A stretch of 64,000 bases of DNA from Desulfatiglandales bacterium (lineage in GTDB: Bacteria > Desulfobacterota > DSM-4660 > Desulfatiglandales > HGW-15). Positions 1 to 10,090 of the stretch are shown here, piece after piece (position 1 is the first letter of the stretch; each line of letters opens with the position of its first letter). The notes below the pieces were generated by a model. The model saw only the letters and a program-made list of their open reading frames with translations, was not told the DNA's origin and did no database searches. The stretch is taken from contig CAXXJJ010000001.1 in NCBI GenBank assembly GCA_963667015.2, positions 1,856,001 through 1,920,000 on the forward strand, read 5' to 3'. A program made the position numbers and the translations under genes.

Positions 1-16
1 GGTTCCAAAGATCACA

Positions 17-1219
17 TTGCGCGCAGTTCCGGAACAGATTAAGGCGATGACTGCTGCTGAGGACAATCCATTGATGGAAATCTTTAAATCTATGCCTGAT
101 TCCATCTCCCTGGACAGACAGCAGGAGATTAAGGAAGAGGCACATAAGGCCCTCATTGATCAGGTCATTCCGTCCTTTAAAAAACTCAATGAATTTATTG
201 TAAATGAATATATACCCCATGCCAGAGATACCATCGGATGGTGTGATCTGCCTGACGGAAGGGAGTGGTATACCCATCTTGTCAAAGATTTAACAAGCAT
301 GGATATGACCCCCGAAGAAATTCACAGCCTGGGTCTGAGTGAGGTAAAACGGATTCGCGGAGAGATCGAAAGCCTGATGAAGGATATCGGGTTTGAAGGA
401 TCATATGGAGATTTTTTGAGTTATATGCTTACTGATAAACAGTTTTTCTTTGAGAATGCTGATAATCTTGTTAACTATTGCAGGGATATGGCCAAACGCG
501 CGGACTCCCGTTTACCGGAATTCTTTGGCAAACTTCCAAAGCTTTCATATAAAATATTGCCTGTTCCGGCCCTACTCCAAAAATCCGCCCCTTCTGCATA
601 TTTTAGTCCCGGCAATGTTAGAAACAATGTTTCAAGCGTATTTTATATCAATACATATAATCTGGCTTTCCGCCCAAAATGGGGGCTGACTCCCATCGTA
701 TTGCATGAAGCTGTGCCAGGGCATTATCTCCAGTTAACTCTGAGAGCAGAACGGAAACATTCGAAAATAAAATCGCCTAAAAGTTATATGGTCTATATTG
801 AAGGCTGGGCGCTCTATGCCGAAACTCTGGGTTATGAAATGGGAATGTATCAGGATCAGTATTCACGCTTTGGCCAGTATAATAATGAGTTGTGGCGCGC
901 TGTCCGGTTGGTTGTGGATACCGGGATTCACTGGTATGGCTGGAGCCGTGACCAAGCTGTCAAATATTGCAGGGATAATGTAGCGCTTTCCGATCATAAC
1001 ATCTCTGTTGAGGTGGATAGATATATTGTCTGGCCAGCGCAGGCCCTGACATGCAAGATAGGGCAACTTAAAATAAAAGAGTGCAGGGATTACTGTCAGA
1101 GCCAGTTAAAGGACAAATTTGAAATCAGGGCCTTTCATGATTTTGTTTTGGGACAGGGGCCGCTTCCAATGGATGTGCTTGGGCAGCAGGTTAAGGATTG
1201 GGTGGCAGAAAATAAATAA
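17..1219 (+). CDS. DUF885 family protein (metallopeptidase-like), 5' end likely outside the window
   Basis: HEAVPGHYLQ and YIEGWALYAE motifs, C-terminal WPAQAL..KIGQLKI..FHD typical of DUF885; no clear start at the window edge. Confidence 0.85.
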   Translation: MRAVPEQIKAMTAAEDNPLMEIFKSMPDSISLDRQQEIKEEAHKALIDQVIPSFKKLNEFIVNEYIPHARDTIGWCDLPDGREWYTHLVKDLTSMDMTPEEIHSLGLSEVKRIRGEIESLMKDIGFEGSYGDFLSYMLTDKQFFFENADNLVNYCRDMAKRADSRLPEFFGKLPKLSYKILPVPALLQKSAPSAYFSPGNVRNNVSSVFYINTYNLAFRPKWGLTPIVLHEAVPGHYLQLTLRAERKHSKIKSPKSYMVYIEGWALYAETLGYEMGMYQDQYSRFGQYNNELWRAVRLVVDTGIHWYGWSRDQAVKYCRDNVALSDHNISVEVDRYIVWPAQALTCKIGQLKIKECRDYCQSQLKDKFEIRAFHDFVLGQGPLPMDVLGQQVKDWVAENK

Positions 1220-1244
1220 AAAATATTATAATCAGGAATAAAAC

Positions 1245-1469
1245 ATGTGCCTTGCAGTACCATCAAAGATAATTGAAATAAATAATGATGACATGATCGG
1301 AATTGTAGATGTGGACGGAGTAAAAAAAGAAGTCGGTCTGCATCTTATTGAAGACCCCAAAGTAGGGGATTATGTAATTGTGCATGCCGGGTTTGCAATC
1401 AATAAAATAGATGAGAATGAGGCGCTTGATACATTAAAGATTTTCAGAGAAATAGCGGAAACAATTTAA
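1245..1469 (+). CDS. hypC: Hydrogenase maturation chaperone HypC/HupF
   Basis: MCLAVP N-terminus, VGDYVIVHAGFAI motif. Confidence 0.97.
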   Translation: MCLAVPSKIIEINNDDMIGIVDVDGVKKEVGLHLIEDPKVGDYVIVHAGFAINKIDENEALDTLKIFREIAETI

Positions 1470-1671
1470 TGTTGCATTTTTCTTGCCATCCGTAGAGACA
1501 GGTTTTAAACCTGTCCCGTCCTGTAGCCTGATTTGAAATTATTGGCTGTAAGGTGGAGACCTGAAATGTTGTACTGAACGAGTCATTTAGTTGTAGGGGT
1601 GAACCTTTGTGTTCATCCGTAAAAGGTAATTGAAATCTTCTTTGTATGTAGAGAGATGTTCTGTCTTCAAA

Positions 1672-3954
1672 ATGAATAAAAACAAAACCGCAAAAAAAAT
1701 CCTGATCAACGGAATTGTACAGGGCGTAGGATTCAGGCCGTTCGTCTACCAGCTTGCCCTTAAACATTCCCTTAAAGGTGAAATAGCAAATACCTCCGAA
1801 GGGGTTTCAATTCATGTTGAGGGACCGAAAACAGATATTGAAGAATTTACAGCTGATCTGAAAAGTAATCCCCCATCCCTGGCCAAAATAACAGGGGTAC
1901 TTTCACTTCCTGATGAAGTGAAAGGCTGCCGGGATTTTAAAATATCAGAAAGCATGAACAGCAGGGCAATGTCCACCCTTATCTCTCCTGATGTTTCAGT
2001 GTGTGATGACTGCATTAAAGAACTTTTTGATCCTGAAGACAGGCGATTCAGGTATCCCTTTATAAACTGTACCAACTGTGGGCCGCGCTATACTATTATT
2101 AATAACATCCCATATGACCGAATCAATACATCCATGAAAAAATTCACAATGTGTGAAGAGTGCCGGAAAGAATATGATGATCCCTCAAATCGTCGGTTTC
2201 ATGCTCAGCCCAATGCCTGCGATGCATGCGGGCCTCATGTTTCACTCTATGATAATAAAAGGCAGAAGATTGAGACAGACGATCCTGTAATGAAAGCTGC
2301 AGAGCATCTTAAGCAGGGCCGCATTGTTGCCATAAAAGGACTCGGAGGGTTTCACCTTGCAGTAGATGCTGAGAATGATGAAGCGGTGAAGGAGTTAAGG
2401 AAACGAAAACTGCGTGAAGAAAAACCCTTTGCCGTGATGTCCTTTAATATGGAAAAGATATCCGGGTATGCCTTCTTCAGCAGCGATGAAGCATTACAGC
2501 TGAAATCCATTCAAAGGCCTGTTGTCCTTTTAAAAAAGAAAGGAGATAATGCCCTTTCCCGGTGGATCTCTCCCGGGAACAGGTATTATGGCGTCATGCT
2601 TCCATCCACTCCTCTTCACTATCTTCTCCTGGAGAAAGATTTCAGGGCGCTTGTAATGACAAGCGGCAATATGAGTGAGGAGCCCATTGCCATTGATAAT
2701 GAAGATGCCTTTAACCGGCTTTCAGGCATTGCTGATTTTTTTCTTGTTCATGACAGGGATATCTTAATAAGAAGTGATGATTCCATAATCAATTGTCAGT
2801 CAGGGGATCATAGTTTTATTAGAAGATCAAGGGGCTATGTCCCTGTGCCGGTATTCCTTAAAAACAGTCAGTCTGCTGTTCTGGGCTGCGGCGCCGAGCT
2901 CAAGAATACCATATGCATAACAAAGAAAAACAATGCCTTTTTAAGCCAGCATATAGGAGACCTTGAAAACAGGGCAACATATGATTTTTATAGAAGCGCC
3001 ATTGATCATATGAAACGGATTCTGGAGATTAAGCCGGAAATATTGAGCTGTGATATGCATCCTGACTATCTGAGCACAAGGTATGCCCTGGAGCAGGGAA
3101 ATAAACAAATAGTCAGGGTACAGCATCATCATGCTCACATTGCTGGCTGTATGGCTGAAAACAGACTTGAAGGTGATGTTATAGGTCTTTCCTTTGACGG
3201 GACCGGATACGGACCTGATGGAACTGTGTGGGGCGGCGAAATCCTGATTGCTGATCTTAAGGCGTATAAAAGAGTCTCAACCCTGTCACCGGTTGCAATG
3301 CCGGGCAGCAGTGCTGCCATAAGGGAACCATGGCGCATGGGAATAAGTTACCTGTACGAGGCATTCGGTGAAGATCTGTTTGATCTGGATATTCCTTTGT
3401 CAGGAAAAATACCGGCCAAAGATATAAAAATAATTGCGGAGATGGTATCAAAAAAAATAAATTCTCCCATGACATCCAGCCTGGGGCGCCTTTTTGACGG
3501 GGTATCAGCCGTATGCGGTATCAGGACCCATGTGCATAACGAAGGTCAGGCAGCCATGGAACTTGAGATGATGGCTGGTAATGATATTAAAACCTGTTAT
3601 GATTATGTATGGGAAAGAGAAGATAATGTATACAAAGTAAATCCTGTCCCCATCATAAAGGGAATTGTAAATGATCTGTCCGGGAAGACGGGGGCAGGCA
3701 CAATAAGTTCCCGGTTTCACGGGACCCTTGTAAAGATGTATTCGGAACTGTGCAGCGTTATATCTGCGGACACAGGCCTTGATCGCATTGTTTTAAGCGG
3801 AGGGGTATTCCAGAATTCGGTTTTTACCAGAGGGCTTGTGTCTGCATTGGAGGACAGGGGACTTAAGGTCTATACCCATAAACTTGTGCCGCCAAATGAC
3901 GGGGGAATTTCTCTGGGGCAGGCGGTAGTGGCTGCGGCTGTAATTAAGAGTTAG
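1672..3954 (+). CDS. hypF: Carbamoyltransferase HypF
   Basis: Acylphosphatase GIVQGVGFRPF, two CxxC-x-CxxC zinc fingers, HHHAH and PPNDGGISLGQ motifs; ATG at 1672 preferred to TTG at 1630. Confidence 0.97.
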   Translation: MNKNKTAKKILINGIVQGVGFRPFVYQLALKHSLKGEIANTSEGVSIHVEGPKTDIEEFTADLKSNPPSLAKITGVLSLPDEVKGCRDFKISESMNSRAMSTLISPDVSVCDDCIKELFDPEDRRFRYPFINCTNCGPRYTIINNIPYDRINTSMKKFTMCEECRKEYDDPSNRRFHAQPNACDACGPHVSLYDNKRQKIETDDPVMKAAEHLKQGRIVAIKGLGGFHLAVDAENDEAVKELRKRKLREEKPFAVMSFNMEKISGYAFFSSDEALQLKSIQRPVVLLKKKGDNALSRWISPGNRYYGVMLPSTPLHYLLLEKDFRALVMTSGNMSEEPIAIDNEDAFNRLSGIADFFLVHDRDILIRSDDSIINCQSGDHSFIRRSRGYVPVPVFLKNSQSAVLGCGAELKNTICITKKNNAFLSQHIGDLENRATYDFYRSAIDHMKRILEIKPEILSCDMHPDYLSTRYALEQGNKQIVRVQHHHAHIAGCMAENRLEGDVIGLSFDGTGYGPDGTVWGGEILIADLKAYKRVSTLSPVAMPGSSAAIREPWRMGISYLYEAFGEDLFDLDIPLSGKIPAKDIKIIAEMVSKKINSPMTSSLGRLFDGVSAVCGIRTHVHNEGQAAMELEMMAGNDIKTCYDYVWEREDNVYKVNPVPIIKGIVNDLSGKTGAGTISSRFHGTLVKMYSELCSVISADTGLDRIVLSGGVFQNSVFTRGLVSALEDRGLKVYTHKLVPPNDGGISLGQAVVAAAVIKS

Positions 3955-3962
3955 GAAAATAA

Positions 3963-5045
3963 ATGAAACACCAGGAAGAATACAGAGACCCGGCTATTTC
4001 AAAAGAACTGATTAAAATGATAAATGAAATCAGCAAAAAACCGGTACGTCTTATGGAGGTGTGCGGAACCCATACAATGTCTATCTTCAGGCACGGGATA
4101 AGGAGTGTTCTGCCAGAAAACATAACCCTTCTTTCAGGGCCCGGGTGCCCGGTATGTGTGACATCACAAAGGGATATCGATGCCTTTATAGAACTCTCAA
4201 AATATCCGGATACTATAATTGCCACCTTTGGAGATCTTATGAGGGTTCCGGGGAGTATATCATCGCTGCGGCAGGAACATGCAAAGGGTAGAGATATACG
4301 CATGGTATATTCTCCATCCGATGCCGTAAAGCTGGCTTACGACAATCCGGATAAAAAAATAATATTTCCCGGTGTCGGGTTTGAGACAACCATACCGACG
4401 ATTGCCATATCCATATTAATGGCGGCTCAGAAAAATATTGATAATTTCTTTGTCTATTCCGCACATAAGCTTGTACCCCCGGCGCTGGAGGCACTTACAG
4501 CTGATAATGACACTGCCATAGATGGCTTTATTCTGCCGGGACATGTGTCCATAATAATCGGAACAGACGCCTACAGGCCTTTCTTTGAAAAACACAGGGT
4601 CCCATGTGCTGTGACCGGTTTTGAACCTGTTGATATCCTGAAGGGCATATTGCGGCTGATAGAGATGATAGAACAGGATGAGCCATCCCTTGAAAATGAA
4701 TATAAACGGGCTGTCACTGCCGATGGAAATAAAAAGGCCCTGGATATCATTGATGAGGTTTTTCAGGTCGTAGACACTGGCTGGAGGGGCCTCGGCACAA
4801 TAAAGAACAGCGGGCTTGAAATAAAGGAAAAATATAAAAGATATAATGCCAGGGCGGAGTTTGATATACAGGTACCCGAATATGAGGTAAAAAAAGGCTG
4901 CATATGCGGTGAAATTTTAACCGGAAACAAGATTCCCCCGGACTGTGCACTTTATAAAAAGGTCTGCACACCGGTAGAGCCGGTAGGCCCGTGTATGGTA
5001 TCAACCGAAGGAACCTGTGCGGCCTATTTTCGATTTTATAAATGA
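3963..5045 (+). CDS. hypD: Hydrogenase formation protein HypD
   Basis: MEVCGTHT, GPGCPVC, GFETT, PGHVS, GPCMVSTEGTCAA motifs. Confidence 0.97.
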   Translation: MKHQEEYRDPAISKELIKMINEISKKPVRLMEVCGTHTMSIFRHGIRSVLPENITLLSGPGCPVCVTSQRDIDAFIELSKYPDTIIATFGDLMRVPGSISSLRQEHAKGRDIRMVYSPSDAVKLAYDNPDKKIIFPGVGFETTIPTIAISILMAAQKNIDNFFVYSAHKLVPPALEALTADNDTAIDGFILPGHVSIIIGTDAYRPFFEKHRVPCAVTGFEPVDILKGILRLIEMIEQDEPSLENEYKRAVTADGNKKALDIIDEVFQVVDTGWRGLGTIKNSGLEIKEKYKRYNARAEFDIQVPEYEVKKGCICGEILTGNKIPPDCALYKKVCTPVEPVGPCMVSTEGTCAAYFRFYK

Positions 5046-5062
5046 AATAATATGGATATTCT

Positions 5063-6073
5063 ATGTCAGCTAAAACAATTACACTTGATCATGGGAGCGG
5101 CGGAAAGATATCACACAGCCTTATAACCGACACCCTGCTGCCGCTTTTTAATAATCCTGTTCTGTCCAGGCTGGATGACGGTGCAGTTCTTGATATCAAC
5201 GGCACACGGATAGCATTTTCAACAGATTCATACACGGTTGATCCGCTCTTTTTCCCCGGCGGTGATATCGGTGAACTTGCTGTAAACGGCACGGTCAATG
5301 ATGTTGCCATGTGCGGGGCAATCCCAAAATATTTAAGTTCAGGGATAATAATGGAAGAGGGGTTTCCTCTGGTGGATCTTGAGAGAATCCTTGAGAGTAT
5401 GAAAAAGGCGGCCGGCAGGGCAGGGGTTCAGATTGTAACCGGAGATACAAAGGTGGTTCCGCGGGGTGGGGTTGATAAGCTTTTTATCAATACCTCCGGC
5501 ATTGGAATTATACCCCAGGGAGTAAATGTATCCGGCAGCAATGCAGCCCACGGAGACAAAATAATATTGAGCGGGTATATGGCTGATCACGGTGTGACAA
5601 TCCTCAGGGAGCGGGAAAACATGTCATTTGATTCACCAATAAAAAGTGATACTGCGCCGCTTAATAATATGGTGAAAAAAATCATTGAAAAGAGCAATGA
5701 AATACATGTGCTCAGGGATCCGACCAGGGGAGGGGTCGGAACAACGCTCAATGAAATTGCGATATCATCTCAGGTGGGAATAACCATATATGAAGAAAAA
5801 ATCCCTTTAAGGGATTCAACAAGGGGAATATGTGAACTGCTGGGGTTTGATCCTCTTTACCTGGCAAACGAAGGGAAACTCCTGGCCTTTGTCCCTGAAG
5901 ATATATCCGATATGATTCTTTCAGCAATCAGGGAGGATGAATACGGGAAGGACGCAGCCGTCATCGGTGAAGTAACCGCAGGCAGCCCGGGTATGGTTTT
6001 TATGAAAACCGCAATAGGCGGGGAGCGAATAGTTGATATGCTTACAGGGGAGCAGCTGCCGAGAATATGCTAG
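5063..6073 (+). CDS. hypE: Hydrogenase expression/formation protein HypE
   Basis: HGSGG, NGTVND, GDTKVV, RDPTRGG, C-terminal LPRIC. Confidence 0.97.
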   Translation: MSAKTITLDHGSGGKISHSLITDTLLPLFNNPVLSRLDDGAVLDINGTRIAFSTDSYTVDPLFFPGGDIGELAVNGTVNDVAMCGAIPKYLSSGIIMEEGFPLVDLERILESMKKAAGRAGVQIVTGDTKVVPRGGVDKLFINTSGIGIIPQGVNVSGSNAAHGDKIILSGYMADHGVTILRERENMSFDSPIKSDTAPLNNMVKKIIEKSNEIHVLRDPTRGGVGTTLNEIAISSQVGITIYEEKIPLRDSTRGICELLGFDPLYLANEGKLLAFVPEDISDMILSAIREDEYGKDAAVIGEVTAGSPGMVFMKTAIGGERIVDMLTGEQLPRIC

Positions 6074-6236
6074 TAAAAACGAGGTGTACGGTCTGCGGTT
6101 TACGGTTCAGGGAAAAGCCTTTAATTTTTGGTCTTATACCGTAAACCTTAAACCCTGGACCTGTTCAATATGTTTAAAAAGTGCGATAAAGGTATATACT
6201 TATTAGATTGCTAAATGCTTCGAGTCAGGAAAATCC

Positions 6237-6578
6237 ATGCATGAAATGTCCATAGTACAGAGTCTCATCTCCATTGTAGAAGAGGAGATGCTTAAAAATA
6301 ATGCGACAATCCTTAAGTCGGTCAGGGTAAAGATCGGTAAAATGTCCGGCATTGTACCCGAGGCACTCAGCACATGCTTTGAGATTTTGACCTCCAGAAC
6401 CGGTATGAAGGGTGCTGTATTAAAGATGGATATTGCACCGCTGATTGCCCATTGCCGCAAATGCAATCAGGATTTTGAGGTAATAGAGTATAACTTTTCA
6501 TGCCCTGAATGTGATTCAACTGATATAGATGTGGTTTCAGGCAGGGAAATGAATATTGTGGAGATAGAGGTAGATTAG
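6237..6578 (+). CDS. hypA: Nickel metallochaperone HypA
   Basis: MHEMS N-terminus and two CxxC motifs. Confidence 0.97.
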   Translation: MHEMSIVQSLISIVEEEMLKNNATILKSVRVKIGKMSGIVPEALSTCFEILTSRTGMKGAVLKMDIAPLIAHCRKCNQDFEVIEYNFSCPECDSTDIDVVSGREMNIVEIEVD

Positions 6579-6582
6579 TTTT

Positions 6583-6733
6583 ATCTCTCGCAGAGCCCAC
6601 AGAGTTCACAGAGAAAAACAAAAACATTTATTAGTCTAAAAATATGAAAGCATAATTTTAAGGGTTTAAAAATAAAAAAGCCTTTCTCTGCGGCCTCTGC
6701 GAGCTCTAGTGACCAAAGGGAACGGGCGAGAGA
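6583..6733. repeat. Intergenic palindromic element built from 9-bp (CAGAG) repeats
   Basis: tctctcgcagagcccacagagttcacagag ... ctctgcggcctctgcgagctct...gcgagaga; terminal inverted repeat tctctcgc/gcgagaga. Confidence 0.55.
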
Positions 6734-6758
6734 AATCTTTTAAGAAAGGAACACCAAA

Positions 6759-7424
6759 ATGAAAATTACAGTCGTGCGGGATATTCTTGAAGTCAATGAA
6801 AGGATTGCTCAGCAGAATAGAGAGCTTTTTACTGAAAACAATATGCTTGTTATCAACCTTATGAGCAGCCCGGGGGCCGGTAAAACAACCCTTCTGGAGA
6901 AGAGTATAGAGGCATTAAAGGATGATATCGGAATAGGGGTGATTGAGGGGGATATTCAGTCCACCTATGATGCCGAGAGAATCGCGGCAAAGGGAGTTCC
7001 TGCAGTGCAGATCAATACGGACGGCGCCTGTCACCTGGATGGCAACATGATACGGGATACCTTTGAGGAGTTTGATTTTAAAGAGCTGGATCTTCTTGTT
7101 GTCGAGAATGTGGGTAACCTGGTGTGCCCGGCAGAATTCCAGGTGGGTGAAGATTTTAAGGTAATGATCTTGAGTGTAACAGAAGGGGATGACAAGCCGG
7201 GTAAATACCCCCTCATGTTTCGTGAATCAAAGGCCCTGCTTATCAACAAGATAGATCTCTTACCCTATGTAGATGCCAGCCTGGAAAAAATCAGGGAAGA
7301 GTCTCTTAAGATAAATCCTGATCTTAAAATCTTTCCTGTTTCCTGTAAAACAGGAGAAGGGCTTGAAGAATGGCTTAATTGGCTCAAAGACAGGGTAAAG
7401 GAGAAAACAGTATCCAGAAGTTAG
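6759..7424 (+). CDS. hypB: Hydrogenase nickel incorporation GTPase HypB
   Basis: SSPGAGKTT P-loop, CHLD, ENVGNLVCP, NKID motifs. Confidence 0.97.
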   Translation: MKITVVRDILEVNERIAQQNRELFTENNMLVINLMSSPGAGKTTLLEKSIEALKDDIGIGVIEGDIQSTYDAERIAAKGVPAVQINTDGACHLDGNMIRDTFEEFDFKELDLLVVENVGNLVCPAEFQVGEDFKVMILSVTEGDDKPGKYPLMFRESKALLINKIDLLPYVDASLEKIREESLKINPDLKIFPVSCKTGEGLEEWLNWLKDRVKEKTVSRS

Positions 7425-7552
7425 AGCAGAAAATAGAAATTATTTTTCCGGAAACAAGCATCTGGAATATATAATTGTAGGGGCACGACGCATCGTGCCC
7501 TGTTTTTGTCTTTGCCAATCCGTGGCCTATACCCTTATCAAATTTTCAGACA

Positions 7553-7593
7553 TTGACTTGATTTGCTTTACAAAGTATAATTGTAAAGCAAAT
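7553..7593 (+). promoter_or_regulatory. Sigma70 promoter with overlapping 13-bp operator palindrome for the vapBC-type operon
   Basis: TTGACT(7553)-N17-TATAAT(7576); perfect inverted repeat atttgctttacaa-N7-ttgtaaagcaaat (7561-7593). Confidence 0.8.
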
Positions 7594-7611
7594 ATTGAAT
7601 AGGAGGGCAAA

Positions 7612-7848
7612 ATGGCTTTATCAACCGTATCATCAAAAGGGCAGATTACCCTGCCTGCAAAAATTAGAGCATCTTTGGGTATTAATTCAAAAGATAAAAT
7701 CCAAATTATTATGCGCGATAATGAGATTGTACTGAAACCGCTTAAATCCTTCCGAGATTTACGAGGATCAATTCCATTCAAAAAAGGTGACAGTAGAAAG
7801 AAAATGGCTGAAGCAGTCGCGCAGCACATAATGGAGATGGACGCTTGA
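7612..7848 (+). CDS. AbrB/MazE/SpoVT family antitoxin
   Basis: STVSSKGQITLPAKIR swapped-hairpin motif; overlaps PIN gene start. Confidence 0.9.
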   Translation: MALSTVSSKGQITLPAKIRASLGINSKDKIQIIMRDNEIVLKPLKSFRDLRGSIPFKKGDSRKKMAEAVAQHIMEMDA

Positions 7849-8252
7849 AAAGAATATTTCTGGATACAAATATATTCATCAGATACCTTGTAAATGATAT
7901 CCCGGCTCAGGTTGATAAAGTTGAGAAACTGTTTGACCTTGCAGAGCAGGATAAGATTAGATTGGTGACAGGGCCTCCAGTGTTTTTTGAGATCGCATGG
8001 ACACTCAAATCCTTCTATGGTTTTGATAAGCTCAGGATCTATGAATGCTTATCTGGTATTCTGGGAATATATGGATTGGAAGTGTTAGATGCTGATATAC
8101 TCCTGGAAGCTTTAGAACTGTATAAAGAAAATAATGTGGATTTCAGTGACGCCTATATTTCTGCGTCTGCTCAAAAGAATAAGGCTAACTCAATAGCAAC
8201 CTTCAATACAAAGCATTTCAAACCATTAAACGCCAGTATCTATCCATTGTAA
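7845..8252 (+). CDS. PIN-domain (VapC family) toxin
   Basis: FLDTNIFIRYL, E, DFSDAYI, TFNTKHF acidic PIN signature. Confidence 0.9.
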   Translation: MKRIFLDTNIFIRYLVNDIPAQVDKVEKLFDLAEQDKIRLVTGPPVFFEIAWTLKSFYGFDKLRIYECLSGILGIYGLEVLDADILLEALELYKENNVDFSDAYISASAQKNKANSIATFNTKHFKPLNASIYPL

Positions 8253-8337
8253 AAAAATTATCTATTTTACCGGCACCAGGTGACTGGTATCCAGTATCCT
8301 GTTTTTATCCCTGGTCAGGAATGTTGAATTTTAAATC

Positions 8338-8371
8338 AAATAGAGGGTTTTTATAAAGATCCTCTATTTTT
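8338..8371 (+). terminator. Probable intrinsic terminator after the PIN toxin
   Basis: aaatagaggg...tcctctattttt hairpin followed by a T-run. Confidence 0.55.
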
Positions 8372-8415
8372 CCTTGACTTTCTGAGAGAAATTGCTAAAT
8401 TTCATGTTTTCCTGC

Positions 8416-8489
8416 TGGGGGATAGTATAGTGGCAATACGACGGGTTCTGGCCCCGTTATCCAAGGTTCGAATCCTTGTCCCCCAGCCA
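8416..8489 (+). tRNA. tRNA-Gln (CTG)
   Basis: Acceptor stem tgggggat/tcccccag, anticodon arm acggg-ttCTGgc-cccgt, GGTTCGAATCC T-loop, encoded CCA; TTGACT-N16-TAAATT promoter upstream. Confidence 0.95.
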
Positions 8490-8559
8490 AATATGTTTAA
8501 TAGAATCTGAGGACGTGATTCAGGGAAAGTCAGAGGAACGTTATCAGATTTTTTAATAT

Positions 8560-8635
8560 GGTCCCATCGTCTAGCGGTCTAGGATATCGGCCTCTCACGC
8601 CGGAGACACGGGTTCGATTCCCGTTGGGACTACCA
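8560..8635 (+). tRNA. tRNA-Glu (CTC)
   Basis: ggtccca/tgggact acceptor stem, anticodon arm tcggc-ctCTCac-gccgg, GGTTCGATTCC, CCA end. Confidence 0.95.
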
Positions 8636-8643
8636 GTACACTG

Positions 8644-8688
8644 TAACCCCTTGATTTTAGATAGTAGAGTCAAGGGGTTATTTTTTTT
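8644..8688 (+). terminator. Intrinsic terminator of the tRNA operon
   Basis: taaccccttga...tcaaggggtta hairpin followed by T8. Confidence 0.8.
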
Positions 8689-8803
8689 GCGGTTGTTTTC
8701 GTTCATTTTGGCAGCAGTGTAGCCAAAATGAAAATCTATCAAAACTGCCTGAATCCATATCTGGAATCTCATCTTATTGTATTGGATCTCGAAATGAATA
8801 CAA

Positions 8804-9787
8804 TTAGAAGGATTTGCGCAGTGCCAAATGAAAGACCGCGTCCGAAGCGGTGTAAACCCACAGATCTTCAGATAAACCCAGTTCAACGCTGGTGCGCTCG
8901 GAAACCTGGAATGAGGCACCCATCACCAGTTGTACGGAGCCGGAGTCAACCCCTTCAAAGCTGCTGTCCTTGTACATAGAGGTATGACCGTCGAACTGGG
9001 CTTTCAAAGCCAGCCACTCATTAACGGCCCATCCGAAACCAAGGTTGCCGAAAACTGCCAGATTACGGCGTTGTTTTTTAAGCACGTCTCCTTTGGTCAT
9101 CCCCAGTGCGCCAAGCGAAGCGAAAACAGCCAGCCGAGTATTTTCAAGAGTGAATTCCCGCTGTCCGTTCAGGGACAGGGACAGGTCGGTACTGCCGGAA
9201 CCGAGTAATTTATCGCTTTCACCTGTGGGCAGTTTCAGGCTCAGACGCAAAGCCAGCGCTTCTGGCCGTGATCCCGTTTGTCTATCCAGCTTCCAGGCGG
9301 CACTCAGACGAAGGTCTCCGAGACCGTGTGCACTGTCGCGCAAATTGACAAGCGGGATTCCGTTTCGTTCATAGCTGTAGGCAAGACGATCGCGCGGCGC
9401 TTCGGAACGTCCGCTATCGGATAGATTGAAGATATCGTGAAAATTATCGATAAAGCTGTCAAGCCAACCTCCGGTATGGCTGATATAGGGGATGTCAAAG
9501 CCGATTTCGAAGCGTTCATTGACCCCGTAGCGCAAATTGAGGTTAGTACGATAGGTTTCGCCATCGAGCAGCAACGATTCGACAGCATTGTCATCGGATA
9601 TGTAATTACTGGCAGCATCAAGGGACAGTCGTACTGCATAGCGGCCGGCTCCCGTCAGAGTGGCCGGTTCAGCAGGAGGCAGGCCATAGATTTGTACCAA
9701 CGGGCTTTGATTGCTGGTGGCAAAAGGAGTAAGTTCTACCGCCGAAATAGAAAACGGCATCAGCATATATGCGAACAGAGCCGCCAT
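8804..9787 (-). CDS. DUF3187-like outer-membrane beta-barrel protein
   Basis: Signal peptide, NQSPLVQIYGLP, LDGET, GGWLDSFIDNFHD, LKLPTG motifs, C-terminal Phe; start uncertain (ORF open to 9910). Confidence 0.75.
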   Translation of the reverse strand: MAALFAYMLMPFSISAVELTPFATSNQSPLVQIYGLPPAEPATLTGAGRYAVRLSLDAASNYISDDNAVESLLLDGETYRTNLNLRYGVNERFEIGFDIPYISHTGGWLDSFIDNFHDIFNLSDSGRSEAPRDRLAYSYERNGIPLVNLRDSAHGLGDLRLSAAWKLDRQTGSRPEALALRLSLKLPTGESDKLLGSGSTDLSLSLNGQREFTLENTRLAVFASLGALGMTKGDVLKKQRRNLAVFGNLGFGWAVNEWLALKAQFDGHTSMYKDSSFEGVDSGSVQLVMGASFQVSERTSVELGLSEDLWVYTASDAVFHLALRKSF

Positions 9788-10090
9788 AGTGTAGAATCCC
9801 AATTTCAGGGCAACCGAACCATTCGAGAATATCGGTTTAAAAAGAAACGACCATAAATGAGTAAATAACTTTAGATTCAGCATTGAATTTTGATTTATAT
9901 GTGGAAACATTGACCTGAAGGCTCAGCACAAGCTTCCACCCTTTCTCAGATAATTGTCGACATTAATACCTGTTAACTCTTTTTATAGCAATATCCACAG
10001 ACTGTAGGTTTAAATAACAATTATAATTTCATATCCATTTTTTTTCCAGCTTATTATTTTATTTTTATAAAGTTTTCCGCTCAATTAAGA

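Noticed and set aside
8530..8919. 129-aa minus-strand ORF and other ORFs overlapping 8530-9856
   Set aside because: They are antisense to tRNA-Glu or shadow the barrel gene, and show no independent protein features.
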